From Raillietiella orientalis (Eukaryota), in the NCBI GenBank assembly GCA_036172245.1, contig JAYWIR010000016.1, forward strand, positions 1,364,001 through 1,428,000: a DNA stretch of 64,000 nucleotides. The letters are read 5' to 3'. This document shows positions 49,240 to 59,649 of the stretch, one piece after another (the first letter of the stretch is position 1; each line of letters begins with the position of its first letter). The notes below the pieces were generated by a model that searched no databases, was not told where the DNA came from, and worked only from the letters and a program-made list of their open reading frames with translations. Both the position numbers and the translations under genes were made by a program.

Positions 49240-49450
49240 ACCCTTACGGAGTTTGAGGACGAGCAGAGGTCATCTCTGGACCGCTCCATTCTCCATCTTC
49301 TCGCCGAGGGAGAAGTGGGAGGTGGTCGGCAGCCACCAGGTGGTGCGGCCCGCCTTCCTCCCGGTCTCCCACGACCCACCTGCGCGCTTGGATCACTGCA
49401 GACCCCCCACCCTAGAATTACCTGCGGCTTTTCCCTGGCCAGGCACAGAT
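49240..49450 (+). mobile_element. LINE ORF2-like fragment
   Basis: Reverse-complement homologue of 46940-47190. PREKWEV resembles PAKWEV of family A. Confidence 0.55.
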
Positions 49451-52099
49451 CATCTTTACTCCCCTCAGACCGTGAGCCGGCAGAGAGAGGAAGCTGCCAC
49501 TTCCGTCCCGCCCCAGTTCCTCCTCTTCGGGACGGCGGAGGGATGCTCTCGGTCCTCAGTCGTGCATCCGCAGCTTCCCAGTCGGGGAGCATCCGATCAG
49601 GAAAGGGAGGCGGGGGGGGACCCCGCTCGGCGCGACGATAGAGGAGCCGCTCCTACACGAGACCGTCAAGTCCAAAATAGACCGGACTGGAGGCAGCCGT
49701 TATCCCGAATCCCCGAATCCGGTCCCAGCGTCCGATCTAAGAGGGGAACAGGAAAGGAAAAATAAAGGAAAAAAAATGGTGGGGCAGAATTCGGGAGCGA
49801 TCCCGAGACGCTCTGCTCCGCGCCAAGGGCTGATGGGTGCTATTTTGGCTCCAGCTGCAGTCGCGGATGTGGACAGAGACGCCGCACCTCTCGCCGCCGG
49901 CGTCCTGCGCCTGCCAATTCTTGGGATGCCGAGGGCGGGGCTACCTGGCCGGGATCCTCACCGCTGGAATAAGGGGAGGGGGATCTGGGGATCCAGGGGA
50001 TGTGATTCTTCCCGCTCCTGAGACCGAGCCGCGCGTTCCGGTGGTTGCCATGACTTCTTCCTCCCCTCCCTCCCCCTCCCTTCCGCGCGGTGGCGGAACA
50101 GGGGGAATTCTTCCTGCTCCCGCTCGCGCCTCGCAGCGGTCCCGGGATTGCCGCTGGGGAGGGCGGCCTTCCTTGCTTCCTCGGAAGGCACCTGCGGTCC
50201 CCTATGTGGGCGTTCTTTGGCAAGGTCACGCCCCAAGGGGTGAAGTGCGCAGCTGCTTACCCGGCTTCCCGACTGCTTTCCCATGTCACCCCGAAGGAAA
50301 CCATAGGGGACCTCGATCCGAGGTCCGCCAGCGGTTCGCAGAAGAGCTGGAGATCCTCCGCAAAGATTTTCTCTTTTTTATCCCAGTATGCTGCAGCATT
50401 CGCTCCGCTCTTCGGAACGGTCACCTCTCCTGCCTTTGACACCCGCCGCTTCCACGCCGGCCTCAAGCAGAGGTTCCCACCCCTTGGTCATTCAGTCCGA
50501 AGGCGTGACCGGGTTGCAGCGACATGACCTCACGTGCGCCCTCCGGACATGCATATGATCGCCTTCTCCGCGATGGCAGGGAAGACGGGCGCTCTCAAAA
50601 CCGCAACGCGCGGAGAGGCGTGACGTCGCCACGCGAACGGCGCCCGCTGACTAGGATGGAGGTCGTCCCCCCGTTCCGGCCAGCGCGGCAGTGCCTCCAT
50701 TGACACGACCCTGCGCGCGAGTCGATACGAAGTGACTCCTCCTCCGCATCCCACGTCCCCCCCGGGGACCGAGAATCGCTTCTCCCGGAGAAGGCACAGA
50801 TCTCTAGCGTGGGAGATGAGCAGTCCGGGAAGGCCGGCACGCGCTCGGCCACCGCACGACCAGCACGGCGCAGTCATCGAACGCCCACAATGTGTTACGC
50901 GAGAGGGGGGGAGGAGGGCACAACAAAGGAGCGCGCCGAGAGACGCCAGGTGACCTCCGGAACAGACTCCAGACTCCCGCCTGATCTGACCTGGCGCTGT
51001 AGAGCGAGGAGAGGACATTCGGCTGACTTCCTCTCGTCCGAAAGCAAGCCGGCAGCAAGAAGCCAGGAAGAGAAGGCGGCGAAGCTTTGGTTCCGCGCTT
51101 CGCCTCCAGGACCGTGGCTTAAGCCACGCGCGCGCGCCCTCGCGGAGACCCCCTTGGGCCACGGTATCAGGAAAGCGGGAAGATCATCGAAGAGCTCGGA
51201 ATGTGACAGGCCGAGCCAGAAGTCCGAGGAATGGTGGAAAGCAGCGACCCCCCCGCCCGCGGGATATCCGTGGAAGCGACAGGGTGACGTCGGGGTCCAG
51301 AAGGCGCGCGTCCCCTACATCGTGTCCCGGACGCGCTGCGCGGCGGTACGAAGATGGATTTTCCAGGTGGACGACGCGCTTCTGAACACCTCGTCTTTCC
51401 GGGACGGGTTCCGGCCTCCCAGAGACCCGACCGGGGACCCAGCCACCAACACCGTCGCCATCGAAACTGGCACTGCCCTAGCGGCGAAAAGGAGGGACGG
51501 TTCCAGGAACCGGATCTCCTTTCAGCGCCGTCAACGAGCTCTCCTACGCTCCGGGAAGCATCGAGCCCGATGACTCCATCTGAGAAAACCAGGTCGCGAC
51601 ACTCAGCTGACCCTCCGGCACCACCGCCGGGGGCCGCGACGCCGGCGCGGAACATCCGCGGCACCACCTGCCTCGCTGCTCGCAGGTCCCAGCCTCTGCT
51701 CCCCCTCGCACCCAACGGGGGGCTCCCGTTGAGTCCTCCGACCCAGCACGGGCGCGGGCACCCCACCCCTCCGCTCCGGCGACCGTTCGCTAGCGGGACG
51801 ACGGATCGCCGTCGCTTCCGTAGCACGCGCGGAGGGAGCGATGGCTTCCAGGACGGGTCCTCCGGAAGCGCCTGCTCGAGCTGCCGATCAAACAACCCCA
51901 GTCGGGATTTCAGAGATCATTCCAGCATCCCGGTCCATTTATTTAAATCGAATCAGCAAAATGAATGAAAAAAGAATGCCATCGGGAAGGGTCAGACCGC
52001 TGTCGACCCGAGAATGGAAAAGCTCGAACCTTTGCAGAGGGCGCGACTAGGGAGCGACAGGAAGAAAATGGCAGGATTGGGCGGGACAGACAGCTAGTT

Positions 52100-52310
52100 G
52101 ATGAATGGGGGTGGTGTGATGGGACGAACCCACGGTGGCGGTTGTGATTCCTGAGGACCTGAACCGAGAAGGGGCAGAAGAACTGATGCGCCGTCGCCGG
52201 TCCACCCGCGGCTGCCCTGAAGTCCTCAGAGATATCCAGCAGCCAGCACACGGGCGATACCCTCCCATCTTCTAGATGACTACTGTCAGGAGGAAGTGAG
52301 CCCACCACGG
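52100..52310 (+). mobile_element. Family C ORF2 3' fragment
   Basis: Clear reverse-complement homology to 18530-18730 (ccgagaagggg..gaagaact, cccgcggctgccctg, ccctcccatctt). A related piece lies at about 51370-51430. Confidence 0.7.
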
Positions 52311-53899
52311 GGGGGTCCGAATAGGGTCGGCAAGGAGATCAGACGGTCTACAGGGACAGGGACATCCGCTGCGGTGCGCTCCAGGAGCGGGCATGCGAGG
52401 TTTCCTCCCTCCACCTCCGGAGGGAGCGACGCAACGGAGAAGGAGAAAGGGGAGGAGGAGCGGGTCCCTATGGACCGCAGGAAAGGTGGCTCCCGGGATC
52501 AAGTGAACAGCTCTGAAGAAAAAAAGTCCAGGAATCCCCTCTCTCCTCTTCCTCCCTCCTCCTCACCGACTGCTCTTCGCTACTGCGCAGGGCCTTGAGG
52601 AGGCTCCCGCGACAGACCATCCGGGAGGAACGCGTCCGCTCACCCGGAGAGCGAGGTCCGGGGGGGGAGGAGAGAAGCTAACGCCCCGGAGCTGCGGGGA
52701 AATCTCGGGACATCTGACTGATTTCGAGTCGGCCGACTGCCGGTGGTCACTGCCATCTTCGAAGCCCTGCTTTTGATAACCTTCAGGAGGCCTGCGAGGG
52801 ACCCTGATGTCCTTGCGAGGAGCGTCCCAAGGCGGATCGCGTGGCGAATTTCGGGATCCCCAATCCACGGAGTCCTGGAAGCGCTACCTGCCTTAGTCCG
52901 AAGATTTCTGGAGGCAACACCCCAAATCCTCCCAGTGCCCTTCGGGACACCTCGTTCTCGAAGCGCATCGCTCGGGGAATCCGTCATCGAACGAGACAGC
53001 AGTCCTCCCGCGCACCCAGGGAGTCCCCTCTGTTCCCATTCTGGGATCGTGCCCCGGGCGACGAGGGGCACGAGCGAGCTCTCAGCGCACAGCAGCGCAG
53101 GCGGGAGAGCGTCCGATTCGGAGAGCGGTGGACCCCTCCTTTTGGAACTGCGCAGGCACGCGGCCAGAACAGGGGCAGGGGAGAAAGTGAGGATAGAACG
53201 GGGGGAAGGGAAGAGGGAGACCGGGGCGAGGGGGGGAAGGGACGGTGGCTGCTTTCGGAGATTCATCAAAACGACCATGCGTCCTCGCGACACGAACCAC
53301 CCACCACCCCTGGGGTGACCCACACCCCACCCCTCCCCGACGCGTCCCTGCGCAGTCTCCACTAGGAGGACCATTGCGTGGAACTCCGCCGTTTCGACGC
53401 CGCGCGCCGCTCCCGCTCAGATGGCTTAGACGCGTTTATCCGGCGCTTCGGAGAGAGAAGATCGGAAGGGAGGGGGAGAGAGAAGAGGGGGTCAAGTGAT
53501 GGGGCCACGGCTGCGTGCCAAGAGCAAATGTGCAGTCCCGGTCCAGAGGCTCACTCTCCTCCCTCCTGCCAGGACAGAGCGCGGCTCCGAGTTCGTGCCT
53601 TCTGCTCCCCCATGGGACGTCCCCTCCCCCAGGCCCGCTTCCCACGGCTTCCTGGGCAGGCCCAGCCACCCTGCATCCCCAGGGCACTCCCCTGCGAGGT
53701 GGCACTCATTGGCCGAGCTTTCGCCGTCCGCCGGCTACCCGTGCCACTCTCACTCGAGGTGCCCGCAGGAGCCCTGGCAACTTGGACGCACTCCGCTAGG
53801 GACGCCCCGTACGAAGAGCCTCTTCGCCTCATTCGGGTTCACCCATCGAGCACTCCGGCGGCGGCATGGGGCTGCATGTTGCGCTTCCCCTTTCCGTAG

Positions 53900-54200
53900 T
53901 GTCCGCTCTTCCTCCCCGACCTCCCTTGAACTCCCCCCTCCCCCTCCCTGAAGAGCGGGATGCAGCTATCCCGAGTGGTGCCTCCTTCGCACTTCCAGGA
54001 CCCCCTGAGGGAACCTGAGATGTCCCTTTCTGCCCGTCCTACTAGCGGCCATCCTGCCAGCCTATTAGATAATCCCTGGTCAACTCTCCCATCTGTGGCC
54101 TCCGCTTCCGATGCCCGAGCGTGGGAGAGCGTGACGTCTACTCTGAGGACCAGGGGATGACCTAAGCAACCAGCGGAGCGCTTCTTGTCCACAGGCGAGC
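53900..54200 (-). pseudogene. Possible LINE RT domain 7/8 remnant
   Basis: GCLGHPL...LSNRLAGW resembles the L1-clade KYLG.PL...RL..W. RLFVR at about 53810-53830 resembles the family A C-terminus. Confidence 0.35.
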
Positions 54201-54559
54201 TCTCGGGGTCTCTTGTGCTTCACGACCGGCCCCGTTCCGACTCGCATTTCGGGAACAGGAAAGGGGGAGGGGGATCGCGTTCGCGCGCCAGCACCCTGGT
54301 CCCAGCCCCCTCCTTCTGCATGGAAGAACAGCAATCGAGTAGGCCTCGGGGAGCCTTCGTGAGAGACCGGCGGCTTATCGCTCGGAGGGGAGGGTGGACA
54401 CGGCTACATGCCCCGCCAGACCGAGACGCGTACCCTAATCCCAAGGAAATCCCTAGGGAACGTGAATGGGGTCTTTCTTCCCCCACCCCCTCGGAGCAAT
54501 CGCAAGGAGATCTGTGCACCCCAGCAGCGACAGGGACGTGGTCGAGCGAGGCTGGGCAA

Positions 54560-55170
54560 AGTTGGAGGCACCCCCTGGCTCGCCGAGCTGCGCGTCGCAA
54601 CCTTCCAAAGGTCCCCGCGCTGGCGGCTGTGTGGCTGCGTCCTTCGAGCACCGCCTCCAGGCGTCTCGGGTTCTAATCCTGCCCGGGAAAAGGTCGACTG
54701 CGAGAACGGGGGTGGCGCGTCGTGGGTTTCGAGTCGACATCCCCCCACCCCTCGCGGGGTGGCCTCTCCAGAGTGTTAGAAGTGTGCTGCTCCCTTCGAG
54801 GAATGCCCCTCAGAGAAAGTGGGAAGAGTCCCTTCGGGGTTCTCTTCAGAGGAATAACAAGGGGAGAGGCCCCACCGGAGGATCTCTCCGGAGAGGACAA
54901 GGACGAGATGGCTCCCTTCAGGGTTCCTCTTAAGCGCGAGAGGAACAGACTCCTTCCTCCGGAACCTTGCCTGGATTCATAGGAGGGTCACCCCCCAACT
55001 TAAAGAGTCATATGCACCCTCGGGTGGCGTGGGCAGCGTCAAGGAGCTTCGTGACCCTCCTATAAGGAGGCAGACAGCTCTTCGGCACTCCTTGAGAACC
55101 AAAAAAAGAAACATCTGGAAGGAGAGCAGCGAAAGCAAAAGAACCCGGAAGGACTCTCATCATCGAGTCC
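54560..55170 (+). mobile_element. LINE ORF1-end and spacer fragment
   Basis: Homologous to 57030-57760 and to the reverse complement of 11830-12780 (PFGVLFRG; gca[c/t]cctcgggtggcgtgg; cactccttgagaacca). Confidence 0.72.
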
Positions 55171-56370
55171 GCTGTCCCCGTGGTCAGCGAGGTGACTCCT
55201 CCCCTGGAAGCGCAGGGGCGGGATGCGGGAGGACTGCCTCTCGCAGGAAACAAGTAAAGATGCCGTTCCCCTCCCTCCTTCCCCCTCCTACGGGGGTAGG
55301 AGCGGAGGGCAACCGGACTTCGGGAACGCCTGTCCTCTGCGCCGCCGGCGGAAGGCCCGCAGCTGGCTGAGCGAGAGGTTCCCTCCGTCGGAGATGTCGC
55401 CTCTGTCTGTTGCCGAGCGGCTCCTCGAGGTTTTCCTGCCAGGAAGGGACGAGGAGCGGGCGAGGAAAAGGCCACGTCGGCGTCCGGGGAGGAAAGGGAG
55501 GGTGGCGGCGCGGGAAAGGCTTGCCGGCGTGCCGAAGAAGGGGAGGGGGGTGAAGGGGGCGGTTCGCCCGCGATTCCAGCTGCCAGCGGCGCTGTGCGAG
55601 CTCGGTGCCACGGGGTGAGCCACCGGGTCTCGTCGGTTCCCAGCCCCTCGCGCGGCGCGAGCCGCCGCTGGCGGCGACGGCAGCTCGGCGCTCTCCGGCG
55701 CGAGGTGAGGCGGTCGTGCAGTGCGCGCAGGCGCGGCGCGGTCCGCGCGAACTGCGGAGCCGGGGGCAACTCCGGATGGCTTTCAGAGGGCGTTCTCGAT
55801 CCGTGAACCGTGCGCATCTGGGTGTTCTCGCGAAGGACGCCTGCCCTTGGGGGGAGGAGGGGGAGGAGGTTTTCCTGCCTCTCCTCCTCGCGATCTCTTC
55901 CAGCGCCCAGCACGACGGCGGCGGCGACGCGTTTCGAGTCGCCGAACCGCCGCGCTGTTCGTTGAACTTTCGATTGCCGCCCGGCGGCGCACGGGCGGAG
56001 CAGCACAGATCTGCCTCCCGAAGCGTCCCCTCGCGGGAGGCACTTGAATGACTGCGAAGATGGAAAGCAGGAAGAAAAAGTCGGTTCCCTTCTCTCTCTC
56101 CCTCTCACTCCCTTCCTCTTCCCATTCCGTCTCCTATTTTCCGCCTCCGTTTTTCCCGGTGGTCTTCGAGCATCGCAGCCAATGTGACGTCCACGTGATG
56201 GCTGACGAAAATCCGGCCGGGCGCGCATCCATCACTCTCCGGAACGCCCCCGCGCGCTCGCGGGGCGTCCCTGCAGCGCCTTTCTGCCGCGGGAAATGTC
56301 AGATGCCCAGGTGGAGCCCGGCGTCTTGGGTTCCCCACGAAATTCTCCATCCCGAAAGGTTGTCAGGTCT

Positions 56371-56760
56371 CCCGACTTTGCCGGGGCATTCACTGCTGAA
56401 AAAACAATAAGAAAAGTACACTGAAATGTTCAAAGTGTGGCGAAACACTCGGCTGCACGTGCTCGAAACCGGCACGCAGACAGGAGAGTTCCGTTTGCAC
56501 AGCGACGGGGAAGGGGAACCCGGGAAGAAAGGGAGGCAGACGACAAAAGAGGAAAAGCGGGAGGAAAAGGGGTCGCACTTGTCTGGGAGACGTCCTCAGC
56601 ACCCTGTTCAGGATGACGACAACTCCTGTCCGCGTCTCGCCCAGGTGGGGCCATCCCGAGAGGGTCTGTCAAAAAGATGGCCACCCAGTGGATGGCGTCC
56701 CTTCCAGGGTCTCGGAAAGTCGGGCGCCGCAACCGTGACCTGAGCTCCTGAGCATCTGGA
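56371..56760 (-). mobile_element. Family A LINE extreme 3' fragment
   Basis: GRDAIHW, atggccccacctgggcg and catcctgaacagg as in the 57.8-58.8 kb copies. Terminal motif tgccccggcaaagtcggga. Confidence 0.75.
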
Positions 56761-57029
56761 AATGCGCCCGTGACCGATTCATAAATCTCTGCCGCTAAAC
56801 AGATGACCTCTGAGGAACACAAAAGGCTACGGTCTTGCAAAGGAAAATGCTGGATGGGCACCAGGAGAAAAAAGGAAAGATGGAAGAATTCCCGTTCATC
56901 TGTCTCCGGGTAAACGGCAGCCCTTCGATCGTATTGCTGAGATTTCTAGATCTTACACAGAGGCGGTGGCTCCTAGGACATCCTAGGCTCCTTGATACTC
57001 CTTCCTGACCTTGTCGCGGTCACCCGGGT

Positions 57030-58150
57030 CCAGGGGAATTCTGCATTGGCGGCCGCGTGGCTGCGTGCGGTCCCCACGCATGGCAGCACCTGGTGTCGCG
57101 GGTTCGAACCCCCCTCACCCGGGGAAAGACGCCAACAAATGGGAGGATGCGTCGTGGCTTTTGAGTCTCCGCTGATGACGCTGATTGGCCTGTGGGCTTC
57201 GGGTGCAGCACTGGTGAAAGCAGCCGGAAACCGAATGCCCCCGTTGGCCGGCCGGGATTGGGAGTTGACCTTCCGAGGTCCTTCCAGGACAGCAAGGAGC
57301 CCTTCAGAGTTCCCCTCCAGTCGTGAAAATGGAGCCGTTGACACCCCTCGAAGGGTCGTCTTTCCAGAGCTCAAGAAGCGTGCCTCTCCCTTCAGAGAAA
57401 TTTGGAAGTTCCCCTTCAATGTTCTCTTCAGAGGAGTAACGAGTACTCTGGAGACCCCTCCCGGGGAGCACAAGGAAAGATTCCCTTCGAGGCTCCCTGC
57501 CGAGCGTAAGAGGAGCGGACTCCTTCCTCGAGAGCCTACCTGGCTTTGTAGGGCGGTCCCTCCGGAGTTGTCCCCTATAACTTGAGGAGTTACACGCATC
57601 CTCGGGTGGCGTGGTCAGTGCCAAACAGCTTCGTGATCCCCCTCTCCCCCCTAAGGAAGCGAACGGTTCTTCAGCACTCCTTGAGAACCATACACACAAA
57701 AAAAAAATAAACCTGGAAAGAAAGCAGCGAAACAGAAGAATCCGAAAGGGTTTCCATTATCCGCGTCTGGAACAAGAGGAATCCGCTCGAGGAGGAGGCC
57801 AGAATGGCAGGAACGCCATCCACTGAGCGCGGATCTTCCTGAGGACCACCTCGAGATGGCCCCACCTGGGCGCTATCCGGACGGAACTTGCGGCATCCTG
57901 AACAGGATGCAGAGGACGCCCGGCAGCGTACCGCGATCTCTTCCTCGACTCCCTGGGCATAAATTCTCCTCCCCGTTTTTTCTTATTTTTTTACTTCTTT
58001 TTGTTTTCCCTTCCCCCCCGCTGCCGAAGCGGACCTCGCTGGTCTGCGCACCGGTCCTCGGCAGGTTCATTGAGCGGACACAAAAATGTATTACCACAAA
58101 AATTACTCTAAGTCATAAATGCCCCGGCATAACCGGGTGACCATCATCTG
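57030..58150 (+). mobile_element. Internally deleted family A LINE (ORF1 end and spacer fused to last ~140 nt of ORF2 and 3' UTR)
   Basis: 57030-57760 matches the ORF1-end/spacer repeat. 57790-58140 matches the 3' end of the 58680-59050 copy. Confidence 0.75.
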
Positions 58151-58199
58151 CGTCTGGACAGCGTGATTCCGGCAAGGTGGGAAGTGACTTGCTGCATAG

Positions 58200-59060
58200 C
58201 AGCAAGGAAGAAACTTCTGGAGGCGTGGAGACTACTAGGGAAGTGACGGACGCTGCGACCCCGAGTGTCTCACTTCAGGGACTTCTACTCTGGGAAGAGC
58301 TGCTCGCAATCCCTTCTGAGGAAGTGAAGTGGCCCCCAGCGTGCTGGAACAGAGGCACCGTCCCCCTCGAGTGGCAGGAGTTGGCGTTGGCAGGAAATCC
58401 CGTACAAGGAGCGCCTTCACCATTGGACACGGAGGAGCGTGAACGCTCAGTGCAACAGCTGCGGGAAAAAGGAAGCCCTCCCGCAACTGCTGTCAGAGAC
58501 TGTGCCGCCCTGCGACCCCTTTGGGATCGCCTAGAGACTACCCTTGTAATCCCGACGGGCGGACCCAGGGGCATTTTCAGACGCCTCTTCGTGAGCGGTG
58601 CCGCACTGCTTCCAGCTGCATCCCTCGCAGTTTCCTCCTCCTATCTTCGCGGGATGATGGCGTCCTGGGACGCCAGAAGAAGAGGCCGAGATGGCAGGGA
58701 CGCCGTTCTCTGGGCGCAGATCTTCCAGAGGACCACCTCGAGATGGTCCCACCTGGGCGAGATACGAGCATAACTTGCCAGCATCCTGAACAGGATGCAG
58801 AGGAGGTCTGGAAACGTACTGTGATCCCTTCTTCGGTCCACTCCCTCCCCGCGTATAATCCCCCCTCCCCCCCCGTTTTGTGTGTTTCTGTTTTTTGGTT
58901 TTCCCTTTCCCTCACTCTGCCGAAGAGGACCTCACCGGTCTGCGCACCGCCCTTCGGCAGGTTCACTGCACGTGGTAGAACCCAGGGTTCGACCACACCA
59001 ATGTATTTTTATTACCTTACGTAAGAAATGCCCCGGCATAACCGGGTGATCATCATCTGC
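58200..59060 (+). mobile_element. Family A LINE 3' fragment, tandem to the previous copy
   Basis: EEVKWPPA, DCAALRPLW, RRLFV and RTTSRWSHLG. UTR stem-loop at 58917-58960 and terminal hairpin at 59029-59049. Confidence 0.82.
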
Positions 59061-59649
59061 GCTGCTGTCGTTTCTCTGCTAGCGTTGGTCACGAATGACC
59101 CGCCAGAGGTTGCAGCTGCTTTACTCGTGGCATCGGGTCTAGCGCACGCCTTTTCCTGCATCTCCATTTCCAAAACAGTTCTTCCCTAGAACGCATAAGC
59201 TGGCGTGGAGATGTGGAGGAAAGGTGGACCACTGCATCGAAAGAGTCATGACCCAACTCTTCCTCCAAGCTGTCAAGTACAGTTTCTGAACCTAGGAAAA
59301 CCAAATACGAATGAGGATATGCGGACTGTGATCTCGGGGGTCGGCAGAAGACAGAAGACCGTGATGGATCTGAAACCAGAGTAAGAGAAGGACGACCTGG
59401 AGACAACGGGATCTTTTGCAGGAAGGATGCGAGAGTCTTGGTTGCGGAAACTTCGAGACTTCCATGGTCCTACCGTCAGTTGCTGGAACCCCGTATTTCA
59501 TGGCACCTGGACCATCGATGAATGGCTTGCTGAGAGGAGCTGCATCCCACTGAAGGAAGTGCAACGCTCCCCAAGGTGACCACTTTGGCAGGGTCGTGTT
59601 CCGTGGACCCGATGTCACACAAATTCGAGAGCATACCGTCGTGAAAGTC

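Noticed and set aside
50200..50600. YWDKKEKIF..LQLF..LADLGSR as post-RT region
   Set aside because: Plausible LINE remnant, but too weak to list without an alignment.
57095..57115. tRNA-like B-box gtcgcgggttcgaaccc
   Set aside because: No cloverleaf. It lies inside the ORF1-end repeat, and homologous copies (about 54665, 12705) do not keep a tRNA structure.
58021..58070. HDV-like or hammerhead ribozyme in the 3' UTR
   Set aside because: I could not fit the double pseudoknot or the CUGANGA/GAAA core. A simple nested stem-loop explains the pairing.
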